Source: Ignatzschineria rhizosphaerae
GTDB lineage: Bacteria; Pseudomonadota; Gammaproteobacteria; Cardiobacteriales; Wohlfahrtiimonadaceae
Reading direction: 5' to 3'
NCBI RefSeq assembly: GCF_022655595.1
Contig: NZ_CP093379.1
Coordinates: forward strand, 2,638,010-2,678,009
DNA length: 40,000 nucleotides
Shown here: positions 26,862 through 34,059 of the stretch, piece after piece
Numbering within the stretch: position 1 is the first letter of the stretch
How the letters are laid out: each line of letters opens with the position of its first letter
The notes under the pieces: model-generated
The model's database searches: none
What the model saw: the letters and a program-made list of their open reading frames with translations, nothing else
Told to the model about the DNA's origin: nothing
Made by a program: the position numbers and the translations under genes

Positions 26862-27381
26862 AGAGCTAACCAATATTTGGGAGTTTATGACTGAGAATTT
26901 CGCTGAGCTTTGGATTAACAAATATGGAGAAACGCCTGATGAAGAAAATTCAAGATCGTGGCGAGTGGCATTAACAGGATTAACGAGAGCACAGATCGAA
27001 ACAGGCTTAAAGCAGATCGTGATTCAGTGCTTAGATTATCCACCTGTACCGCCAAAGTTTAGAGGCTTATGCCTTTCAAATGACGATGACGAAGCAGAAG
27101 TTCTTTTTCAAGAAGTCACTCACTGGGCTGAATTAGATCAGGAGAGTAAGAGTCGAAAAGCTCTTTTCATCGTTCAGAAACTTGATTACACGAACTTTAG
27201 AAGAGCGGACTTAAAGACAGCTAAGAAAATGTTTGATGGCGCATATCACAAGCTTTTAAAGCATTTATCGGAGGGTAATGAATTACCTGAATTTGTCTTA
27301 GAAATCGAATACGAAGCACCGCCACCAATGCCAAAAGAGCAATTATCTAGTTTTTTGGGCAACCTCATTAACTCGATATAG
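26758..27381 (+). CDS. Replication protein P-like (helicase loader position)
   Basis: The block W(R)VAL.GLT.AQIE.GL........YPPVPP.F.GLC parallels recalled lambda P W.LAF..NGIT..Q...G.........PFLPSPGQF..WC. The start is uncertain. ATG 26758 has a GGGGGAAG RBS but gives a 104-nt overlap with the upstream gene. Confidence 0.55.
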   Translation: MKPIQAVINGKNPRWKEQDVSKGSLGQVLTVNQLKELTNIWEFMTENFAELWINKYGETPDEENSRSWRVALTGLTRAQIETGLKQIVIQCLDYPPVPPKFRGLCLSNDDDEAEVLFQEVTHWAELDQESKSRKALFIVQKLDYTNFRRADLKTAKKMFDGAYHKLLKHLSEGNELPEFVLEIEYEAPPPMPKEQLSSFLGNLINSI

Positions 27382-27390
27382 GGGATTGAA

Positions 27391-27672
27391 ATGAAACAAA
27401 TTTTTAAATCAGAACACGGCATTAAAGCTCTCAATTGGCTTCACTCACAAAGAATCAATCATGAATTCAACTGGGAAAAGCCAACAGTAGAAGATCATAA
27501 AATTTGGGAAGCGATGCGAGTTGCAAGGGTCTTAGTAGATCGAAACGGTCAACATTGCTGGGTAGTGAATGAATATGGCCCTAATCCCCACGGAATAACC
27601 AAACCGGCAGAAATCAACAAAATGTATTTAAGCAGTTACAGCAATAACTGGTCATGTGAGAAGAGGGCGTAG
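27391..27672 (+). CDS. Hypothetical phage protein (93 aa)
   Basis: Co-oriented with a GGGGA RBS. No motif recognised. Confidence 0.55.
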   Translation: MKQIFKSEHGIKALNWLHSQRINHEFNWEKPTVEDHKIWEAMRVARVLVDRNGQHCWVVNEYGPNPHGITKPAEINKMYLSSYSNNWSCEKRA

Positions 27673-27674
27673 AG

Positions 27675-28127
27675 ATGAGTAGAGAAATCAAATACAGAGT
27701 AAAAGTGACTTGGTGTGATGAGGTGCGAATTGCTCAGGTGTCTGAAATGCAATTTGGGAAGTGGATTGAAGGTGCAGTAATTGGTAAAGCCTTTTTTGAT
27801 CTATGCAGTTACTCGGTGGAAGAAGTAGATTTTGAAACCTCACCTGCTACTGGCGATGTGCTTATGCAATACACAGGCTCAAAGGATAAGAATGGAGTTG
27901 AAATCTACGAGGGAGATATCGTGAATGTTAACAACATTAATGGTGTCTTTAAGGTGATCTTTGATGAGTGGTTTGGCGGATTCTGTCTTGTTAACCCCGA
28001 CTATGCAGATAGAAGTAAAAATCCTAAAAAGTCTTTTAACCTTATGAGAGCTTCTGAATTTTTTGAAGTAATCGGAAACATCTACGAAAACGCAGACTTG
28101 TTGGAGGCTTCAAATGAGCAAGGTTAA
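27675..28127 (+). CDS. YopX-family phage protein (second copy)
   Basis: C-terminal FFEVIGNIYENADLLE and the internal D(K)NG..IYEGDIV motif. It is a paralogue of 17782..18219. Confidence 0.8.
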   Translation: MSREIKYRVKVTWCDEVRIAQVSEMQFGKWIEGAVIGKAFFDLCSYSVEEVDFETSPATGDVLMQYTGSKDKNGVEIYEGDIVNVNNINGVFKVIFDEWFGGFCLVNPDYADRSKNPKKSFNLMRASEFFEVIGNIYENADLLEASNEQG

Positions 28128-28320
28128 ACCATTATCAAGACCTCTAACGCTGGGAGATATAAAGGCGGGAGCAAAGATAGTTAGGCTTGAAAGTCGTATT
28201 GAGCGTTTTTGGATTCGTGGCATTAAAAACGGCTGGGCTTTTTTTACAGATGGTCATTGTGCTGAAATATCCTACATGGTAAGCGATAACAGCCCATTTA
28301 GATTGGATTTGGTGGATTAG
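28114..28320 (+). CDS. Hypothetical phage protein (68 aa)
   Basis: Co-oriented and tightly packed. No motif recognised. Confidence 0.5.
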   Translation: MSKVKPLSRPLTLGDIKAGAKIVRLESRIERFWIRGIKNGWAFFTDGHCAEISYMVSDNSPFRLDLVD

Positions 28321-28539
28321 ATGAGCAAGGTAACGATTAAGTTTTTCGCTAAAAATCAAAATCAATATGTTACGGCTAAAGATATGGATTTTGATGACTT
28401 GGTGGTTGATGCAGATGGCGATGTCTATGCGGTATCACTTGGCGATGTTGGTAAGTGCTATGCCACAGAAGACGAGGTTTATAGCTATTTACATGGGATT
28501 GAACCTCACTTTTTCGTAAACGGGGAGCGTATCGCATGA
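28321..28539 (+). CDS. Hypothetical phage protein (72 aa)
   Basis: Co-oriented, starting right after the upstream stop. No motif recognised. Confidence 0.5.
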   Translation: MSKVTIKFFAKNQNQYVTAKDMDFDDLVVDADGDVYAVSLGDVGKCYATEDEVYSYLHGIEPHFFVNGERIA

Positions 28540-28991
28540 TCTTTCAAATTAACGGCTTTAAAGAAATAGGAACTCTTAACGCCGAGCTTAACTCAATGAT
28601 GGCAAATGGGAAAACGCCTTTAGTGACTATTTCGGATAAGAAAATAGATCGTAGTTCAGCTCAGAATAGAATGTTTCATCAATGGGTCAGAGATATAGAT
28701 CGTTCGACAAAGCATGGAACTGCTTACGAATCAGGCAGATGTAAGTATCAATACTTTCTTCCAGTACTTCAAAGATCAGAAAAAGAAGAGGCAATTATCG
28801 CAAGCTTTGTAGCAAAAGAGACTGAGAAAAGAGTTGGATTCGAGAGGTTCTTAAAGGTCTTAGGCAATAGCGTTATTGGAACAACAAGGTTTCTAACAGT
28901 TAAAGAGTTTGCAGAAGCGCTCACTGAAATGCAGATCGGAGAGGCTCAACATAACTTAACGAATCCTGATTATTACGGGTTGAGGTTTTAG
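28536..28991 (+). CDS. NinB/Orf-family recombination mediator-like protein
   Basis: PLVTISDKKIDRSSAQNRMFHQWVRDI parallels recalled lambda NinB PIVVTIQERNRSLDQNRKLWACLGDV. The later (K)EFAE.L...Q block also aligns. Confidence 0.6.
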   Translation: MIFQINGFKEIGTLNAELNSMMANGKTPLVTISDKKIDRSSAQNRMFHQWVRDIDRSTKHGTAYESGRCKYQYFLPVLQRSEKEEAIIASFVAKETEKRVGFERFLKVLGNSVIGTTRFLTVKEFAEALTEMQIGEAQHNLTNPDYYGLRF

Positions 28992-28993
28992 AT

Positions 28994-29242
28994 ATGAGAT
29001 GGAAAGTAACATTTCACTCTTTTAGTCACGAAGTCATTCATACGATGCAATCAGAAGCGTCACTTGAAAGCATAAAGCTCTACGCAATGCGGATATTCAG
29101 ACAGCTAAGAAGTGAAAAGAAACGTATCGGAAAGATCGTTATTAAGGGATTAGAAGAGGGTGAATCGGTTTACGTTAGAGAGATCAACGTATTGGGTAAA
29201 CCGCAGTCAAATTGGAGTTTGGGGAGAAATAGTAATGAGTGA
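28994..29242 (+). CDS. Hypothetical phage protein (82 aa)
   Basis: Co-oriented with a GAGG RBS. No motif recognised. Confidence 0.5.
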   Translation: MRWKVTFHSFSHEVIHTMQSEASLESIKLYAMRIFRQLRSEKKRIGKIVIKGLEEGESVYVREINVLGKPQSNWSLGRNSNE

Positions 29243-29618
29243 AAAACAAGAGCGCATAGTCGGCGCATCGCTATTAGTTTCTTACGAAACGAGTGACAAG
29301 TACGATAACGAACTAAGGATAGATGGTGCTGATTGGGGCTTTATTCGTGGTGGTCAGGTGTATTCAAATATCAGAGATGTTTACGGTATTCATGGTCAAA
29401 GTGAGGGATTTTTCACAAACAAGAATAGGTTTGTTGATCCGAAAGAGGCGATGGGGATTGCGATTGAAGCTGGGCAATTGAGTGAGATCAGAGAGAAGAT
29501 CCAATATGGATACGGTCTTGCAGGATATGAAAGCTATAACCCTGATACTGATGAGGCGCTAGAAGAATTGAAGGCTAGCTTGTTAAAAAGAGGGCTAAAG
29601 CCGGAGGATCTCTACTAA
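29235..29618 (+). CDS. Hypothetical phage protein (127 aa from the Met at 29235)
   Basis: GGGGAG sits upstream of ATG 29235 (MSEKQERIVG...), giving an 8-nt overlap with the upstream stop. The track start at 29160 would overlap by 83 nt. Confidence 0.55.
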   Translation: MSEKQERIVGASLLVSYETSDKYDNELRIDGADWGFIRGGQVYSNIRDVYGIHGQSEGFFTNKNRFVDPKEAMGIAIEAGQLSEIREKIQYGYGLAGYESYNPDTDEALEELKASLLKRGLKPEDLY

Positions 29619-29815
29619 TGAAAGATATTTTTAACTTGGTAATCATGCCAACTATGAGAATGATGTTTTTGCTCATGGTCATCGGAATGGTTTTAGGGTC
29701 AATATTGCTGTTTGCTAACGCTTTCTTTGAGGTTTTTAAGGAAGCTCCATACATGATGCCAATTGTGCTTTTTGGTGGATTGGTTGGGTCGATTTTATTG
29801 TGGGGTAAGAAATGA
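29618..29815 (+). CDS. Small two-TM membrane protein
   Basis: 65 aa with two hydrophobic helices. ATGA-type coupling at both ends. Confidence 0.5.
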   Translation: MKDIFNLVIMPTMRMMFLLMVIGMVLGSILLFANAFFEVFKEAPYMMPIVLFGGLVGSILLWGKK

Positions 29816-30075
29816 CTAAAAAATTCTATGAGTTTGATGAGATCTTTACCGTGCTATCTGCTGACTGCAAACAATCAGCAATGAATAGATTTAGTAAAAG
29901 ATATGGCGTTCATGCGAGTAGATGTCGTGAAGTGTCAAAGGCTGAGATTGAATCTAAATACCCGTGGGTAAAAGATTGGAAGAAAGAGGATCACGATAAA
30001 TATTTGGTAATTGGTCAATCTGATTGGGGAAAGGAGTGGCGGGAAATGGTTAATGCGGGACGGAGGGCAAGGTAA
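29812..30075 (+). CDS. Hypothetical phage protein (87 aa)
   Basis: Co-oriented and coupled to its neighbours. No motif recognised. Confidence 0.5.
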   Translation: MTKKFYEFDEIFTVLSADCKQSAMNRFSKRYGVHASRCREVSKAEIESKYPWVKDWKKEDHDKYLVIGQSDWGKEWREMVNAGRRAR

Positions 30076-30359
30076 TGGCAACTAAAGCAGAAAGAGAGCA
30101 TCTATCAAAAGTCGCCGAGATTGGTTGTATCGTTTGCTTAAATGAAAACCACGGTCAATCTCCTGCTGAAATTCACCATGTTCGCACAGGCAAGGGAATG
30201 GGGCAGAGAGCTACTAACTACGAAGTGATTCCTCTTTGTCCTTTGCATCATAGATCAGGCGGTTATGGGGTGGCATTCCACGCAGGATCTAAAGTTTGGC
30301 AAGAGCGATACGGCAGTGAAGAGTCTTTATTAAATCAGGTTAAGGAGATGTTGCAGTGA
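30075..30359 (+). CDS. Ref-family RecA-dependent HNH nuclease-like protein
   Basis: H...V...GC(I)VC........(A)EIHH(V)R.G.G(M)GQRA....VIPLCP.HHR.G..GVAFH.G...(W)...YGSE..LL matches the recalled P1 Ref / RecA_dep_nuc signature. Confidence 0.7.
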   Translation: MATKAEREHLSKVAEIGCIVCLNENHGQSPAEIHHVRTGKGMGQRATNYEVIPLCPLHHRSGGYGVAFHAGSKVWQERYGSEESLLNQVKEMLQ

Positions 30360-30697
30360 TTATATTACCGTTCCCCGATCCTGCTTTAATGCCTAACCGC
30401 AAAAATGGTCATCACTGGGGAAAAACTAACGCAATCAAAAATAAGGCCATTAATGACGCTTACTACATCACGAAGAGCAGTAAGCCGATTAATGTAGAAA
30501 AGGGTCTGCAAATCACTTTTTACACGCCTACCAATCACAGAAGAGATAACGATAACCTTCTAGCGGCAATGAAGCCTTATTTAGATGGATTTGCTAAGGC
30601 GTTAGGAATAGACGATACAAACTTCAATCCATTAACAATCAAGCGAGTTGATGGCGTAGGGAAAGATAATGCGAGAGTGGAGATTGAGGGATTATGA
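30356..30697 (+). CDS. rusA: RusA-family Holliday-junction resolvase
   Basis: HRRDNDNLLAAMKPYLDGFAKALGIDD parallels recalled E. coli RusA [25 protein letters not shown]. 113 aa. Confidence 0.85.
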   Translation: MIILPFPDPALMPNRKNGHHWGKTNAIKNKAINDAYYITKSSKPINVEKGLQITFYTPTNHRRDNDNLLAAMKPYLDGFAKALGIDDTNFNPLTIKRVDGVGKDNARVEIEGL

Positions 30698-31092
30698 CAA
30701 GAAAAAGACGGGATTTTAACTACGCTTACTATTGCTTAGAAAAATGGGTGCTATGGAACACTGAGCATAATGGATTTCCTACAAGATCTCCTATCTTAAA
30801 ACTCGGTGAAATGGCTGCTTTCTCTTCTGCTTCAAGTATTCCAACAGGGGTTGAGTCAAATGATCGAGATGTTGAAAGAGCGAATACTATTTTAGCGATG
30901 ATGAATAACTCAAGTGGAAAGAGCGCGGAGAGGGCGCATTTGTTGAAGATAGTAAGTGCTGGGCGCAGGGAAGATGAGTCGATTCAATCAGCAATGGACA
31001 GAATAGGGATAAAAGGCGATAAGCGAGCATTTCACGATGCTATAGAAGAGTTTGATATTCGCTTGGAAACTCTAATTCATAAAGTGGCTTAA
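30694..31092 (+). CDS. Putative late-gene antiterminator (Q-like)
   Basis: It is the last early-right gene, directly upstream of a strong promoter plus a short terminated leader. The N-terminal LEKWVLW resembles the LERWGAW of Q-type proteins. The call rests mainly on position. Confidence 0.45.
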   Translation: MTRKRRDFNYAYYCLEKWVLWNTEHNGFPTRSPILKLGEMAAFSSASSIPTGVESNDRDVERANTILAMMNNSSGKSAERAHLLKIVSAGRREDESIQSAMDRIGIKGDKRAFHDAIEEFDIRLETLIHKVA

Positions 31093-31097
31093 ATAGT

Positions 31098-31126
31098 TTG
31101 CCAAAGTGCGCACTTTTTCGTATAGT
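31098..31126 (+). promoter_or_regulatory. PR'-like late promoter
   Basis: Sequence TTGCCA-17 nt-TATAGT, 6 nt after the Q-like stop. A 6-bp hairpin follows (agttgc/gcaact, 31136..31154), then a terminator. Confidence 0.6.
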
Positions 31127-31163
31127 GTTTATGTAAGTTGCGCAATTTGCAACTCAAAAATTT

Positions 31164-31190
31164 AGAAGCCCTCGAAAGAGAGCTTTTTTG
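31164..31190 (+). terminator. Intrinsic terminator of the short late leader (tR' analogue); probably bidirectional
   Basis: Sequence agaagccctc-gaaa-gagagctttt (one mismatch) followed by a T-run. An A-run lies upstream, so it could also terminate the convergent small ORF 31201..31383. Confidence 0.7.
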
Positions 31191-31200
31191 TTGGGTGAAA

Positions 31201-31383
31201 TTAATTTTTATCTTGTTGGATCTCTAGTAATTTGATGATATTTCCAAGATGAACTTTCAATAAGTTAATATTATCATCCCTATGGCAATAATCGCAGGGA
31301 GTATCTTTTTTTATAGGAGCTCTCGGGAAGAGGTTTTTATTAAATTTATGGATAGCTACTAGGTTAAACCGATTCATTTGCAT
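31201..31383 (-). CDS. Small hypothetical protein (60 aa), antisense to the late operon
   Basis: AT-rich ORF that ends 10 nt from the bidirectional hairpin. Weak RBS. No motif except CDYCH. Confidence 0.35.
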   Translation of the reverse strand: MQMNRFNLVAIHKFNKNLFPRAPIKKDTPCDYCHRDDNINLLKVHLGNIIKLLEIQQDKN

Positions 31384-31406
31384 TATCTCTTTGTATAAGA
31401 AGGATA

Positions 31407-31426
31407 TAATAATAATAATAATAATA
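31407..31426. repeat. (TAA)6 trinucleotide microsatellite
   Basis: Sequence taataataataataataa read directly, 24 nt upstream (minus-strand sense) of the small ORF start. Confidence 0.9.
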
Positions 31427-31764
31427 TTGGATATTAAGTTAACTATAGTAAATTAATATTATTAAATTTAAAGCATAAGCGTGTAGAGCAATCTATCCGC
31501 TGATGATTCCACCGCATTAGCTTCTAACTGTATGGTTAGCGGCAACGATATGCGTGTGTGTACCCTCGTGGGCTATCTAGGAAGCAATGACTAGATTGAC
31601 TGGCAGGAAAGGCTGTCATGATTAATAGTTATATTTCCTAACTGCTTTAAGTGGTTTTGATTTGGCTGTTAATTTCTTGGTAACGCAAGATATACACTAC
31701 GGAAAGACGTGCGACTTGCTAGCGTAACTAGCTACTGAATTTAAATAGCTCGCTTCGGAGTTTT

Positions 31765-31804
31765 ATTGGAGCTTGTTTATCGATAAACAAGCTTAAATTC
31801 CAAT
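31765..31804. other. 24-bp perfect palindrome inside an extended hairpin
   Basis: agcttgtttatcgataaacaagct (31770..31793) is perfectly self-complementary. The flanks attgg/ccaat extend the stem across a 6-nt bulge. Confidence 0.85.
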
Positions 31805-31886
31805 AGGTTACTGTCGGATTTTATTTGTAATACTACTGATTTTTACGGCATAATAAAATTTCTAGAAATATTAAAAGGGGTTACTT

Positions 31887-32312
31887 ATGAAGAAGTTAAT
31901 TATTACTACGCTAATTTTCTCTAGCTATACTGCGCTTTCGACGTTTGCATATGCGGATTATGGGTGTGAAAAAAAACTAGCGGCATTAGAGAATCAGTTG
32001 AGTTACGCTAAACGCTATAATAATACCGATCAGATCTCGGGGTTAGAAAGAGCAATAGACAATGTAAAAACATATTGTGGCGGAGGTTATGCTTTAGATT
32101 CTCCTGAAGCGAAAGAATATTATAAAGCAGATCAGAAGCTGGAAGTCTTAGAAAAAATTGCAGATGCAAAAAAAGATTTAGCAAAAGCAGAGTATAAGTT
32201 AGAGAAAGCAAAGCGAAAATCTGATTATGAAGATCAATTAGAAGCTGAATATAAAATAAAAGAGGCTCAAGGGCGTATAGATATGTATCAAAAGCATCTC
32301 AATGATCTCTAG
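31887..32312 (+). CDS. DUF1090 (YqjC-like) periplasmic protein; moron
   Basis: Signal peptide MKKLIITTLIFSSYTALSTFAYA. The pattern C.KK...LE.QL.YAK...N...I.GLE.A(I)..V...C plus a K/E-rich coiled-coil tail fits recalled DUF1090. It has its own terminator. Confidence 0.7.
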   Translation: MKKLIITTLIFSSYTALSTFAYADYGCEKKLAALENQLSYAKRYNNTDQISGLERAIDNVKTYCGGGYALDSPEAKEYYKADQKLEVLEKIADAKKDLAKAEYKLEKAKRKSDYEDQLEAEYKIKEAQGRIDMYQKHLNDL

Positions 32313-32329
32313 TAAAAAAATTTTTCAAC

Positions 32330-32352
32330 AGCTCGCTCCGGCGGGCTTTTTT
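32330..32352 (+). terminator. Rho-independent terminator after the DUF1090 gene
   Basis: Stem agctcgc-tccg-gcgggct followed by T6. Confidence 0.75.
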
Positions 32353-32372
32353 ATTGCCCAAAGGAAAGTGAA

Positions 32373-32927
32373 ATGAATACAGGAACAGTGGGCGGAGCTG
32401 CGAAAGCGGTATCCGACAATCAATTAGATTTCCCATGGATCAAATGGGGAATGAAAGAGATCGGCGTAAAGCGTACTGGTATTGGTGCAGGTAATCCTAG
32501 AATACTCGAGTACTGGCAAATGTTCAGAATGGGCGGTATTAAGAATGAAAAGGTTTCTTGGTGCTCGGCATTTGTAGGTGCAGCACTTGAAGCAAGAGGA
32601 ATCAATACTAATTCAAAAGATCAGTCGATCTATCAAAAACGCACTAAAGACAGCTCGCAATATTGGCTTCATTGGGATGGTGGCAAAAAGGTAGATCCTT
32701 GTTATGGATGTATCGCGGTAATGACAAGAAATGGCGGTGGACACGTTGGCTTTATTATTGGTGAAGACGGCGACAATTGGGTTTTACTTGGTGGCAATCA
32801 AGGATCAGCAGTATCAATCGCTAAGTTTCTTAAATCGCGCTTTATTGGATATGTAATGCCAAAGGGGTACAAGTCATTTAAGCCAATTCCGAATTTAAAG
32901 GCTAATACAGAGGTTAATTTGCAATGA
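32373..32927 (+). CDS. Endolysin, NlpC/P60-CHAP-like (TIGR02594-type)
   Basis: N.RILEYW........(E/D)..SWCSAFV.A.LE..G and GGGHVGF(I)(I)G......(V)LGGNQ match the recalled TIGR02594 pattern. It lies at the start of the lysis cassette. Confidence 0.7.
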   Translation: MNTGTVGGAAKAVSDNQLDFPWIKWGMKEIGVKRTGIGAGNPRILEYWQMFRMGGIKNEKVSWCSAFVGAALEARGINTNSKDQSIYQKRTKDSSQYWLHWDGGKKVDPCYGCIAVMTRNGGGHVGFIIGEDGDNWVLLGGNQGSAVSIAKFLKSRFIGYVMPKGYKSFKPIPNLKANTEVNLQ

Positions 32928-33169
32928 TTAAGCGTGAATTATTGAGAATGCTTCAAGGAAGATCAAGTAATGGCGACCTTAGATTAGATCTAAACAAAAC
33001 AACGCTATTCATCACAACGCTTGCCGGCATTCTTTTAACTTCTTATGCAGTGATTGTTCAAGCGAGCTTTGCTGAGGTGTTTTTTATCACGATGATGAGT
33101 GCTGGCGCAGGTACAACGATAACGAAAGGGATTGTTGATACGGTGCAGAAGAGGAAAGAGCATGAATAA
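32924..33169 (+). CDS. Putative holin (class II-like, two TM)
   Basis: 81 aa with two TM helices and a charged C-terminus (QKRKEHE). ATGA-coupled to the endolysin. Confidence 0.5.
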   Translation: MIKRELLRMLQGRSSNGDLRLDLNKTTLFITTLAGILLTSYAVIVQASFAEVFFITMMSAGAGTTITKGIVDTVQKRKEHE

Positions 33170-33254
33170 CTATCTATTTTGTAATTATGGACTACGGATG
33201 TAATAATTGTAAGAAATGGAAATATTAATTAACTACTTGAAAGGTAAGGTTTGT

Positions 33255-33791
33255 ATGAAGATGTTATTGTCCTTAGTGCTCCTCAGTGGGATATTTGTAA
33301 GTTTTGCCCAAGAGAGGGAAATATATGGAACTAAGATAGGAGTAGATATTGTAGATATTAATGACTTTGATGTGAATTACACATTAAGTCAAGATTATGG
33401 GGGTGGCTACGAACTATATAAGTCCAATACTAAGATATTTTTGGATATAAAAACAGGTGTTGAATGTTATGTGAAGTGCTCGAATCAACAGGATTTATCG
33501 TATTATAAAAATCTGACAATTAAAGATCATAAAGTTGAAGCTATAAATATAATTAAGAATATGACTGAAGCAGAAGCTAATAGTGAAATTGCCGATCTTT
33601 CTAAAAAATGGGGTAGTTATAACACGCTTTTTGATGGTAGAGAAGAACCAACAGTAGTGGTTTTTCAGCCAATTAGTGGAGATGAAGATATAGGTCGTAT
33701 TATTTATTCGCATTATAGTGGGATCACTCTAATTGATTTTTACTCTAAAAAATTTGATGCTTACATGCAAAAATTAGAAGCTCAAGAATAA
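33255..33791 (+). CDS. Secreted protein of unknown function (moron inside the lysis cassette)
   Basis: Start taken at the ATG preceded by aaggtaagg. Signal peptide MKMLLSLVLLSGIFVSFAQ. The ORF is AT-rich with no recognised motif. Confidence 0.6.
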   Translation: MKMLLSLVLLSGIFVSFAQEREIYGTKIGVDIVDINDFDVNYTLSQDYGGGYELYKSNTKIFLDIKTGVECYVKCSNQQDLSYYKNLTIKDHKVEAINIIKNMTEAEANSEIADLSKKWGSYNTLFDGREEPTVVVFQPISGDEDIGRIIYSHYSGITLIDFYSKKFDAYMQKLEAQE

Positions 33792-33795
33792 AACT

Positions 33796-34059
33796 ATGGA
33801 TAAATTCAAAAACATTCTATTGGCAATAGGCGGGTTAATCCTCGCCTTTTTTTATGCCCTTTTGAAATCAAAAGACAGGCAAATCGAGAAACATAAAAAT
33901 GAAGCAGAACGAAACAAATCAAAGGCAGAAAAAGAGAAGTTCAAAGCTGATGCAGAGAAAGACACCAAGCACACTAAAGATCGCATCAATAGCGCTAGTG
34001 AGTCTGATATTGACGGCTTGCTCAACAAACAAAACGCTTTACGAGATGAAAGAGATTAA
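33796..34059 (+). CDS. i-spanin (Rz-like)
   Basis: 87 aa with an N-terminal TM anchor (ILLAIGGLILAFFYALL) followed by a highly charged coiled-coil. It overlaps a lipoprotein ORF in another frame. Confidence 0.65.
   Translation: MDKFKNILLAIGGLILAFFYALLKSKDRQIEKHKNEAERNKSKAEKEKFKADAEKDTKHTKDRINSASESDIDGLLNKQNALRDERD

Noticed and set aside
31384-31886. Non-coding island considered as a retron msr/msd, a type III toxin-antitoxin repeat RNA or a tRNA cluster
   Set aside because: There is no reverse transcriptase or toxin ORF adjacent, no tandem RNA repeats and no tRNA-like cloverleaf motifs. It is kept only as an unexplained structured region (see findings).
33216-33254. Upstream start (MEILINYLKGKVC…) for the secreted-protein ORF
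   Set aside because: The Met at 33255 has an aaggtaagg RBS and yields a canonical signal peptide at the N-terminus. The longer form would bury it.
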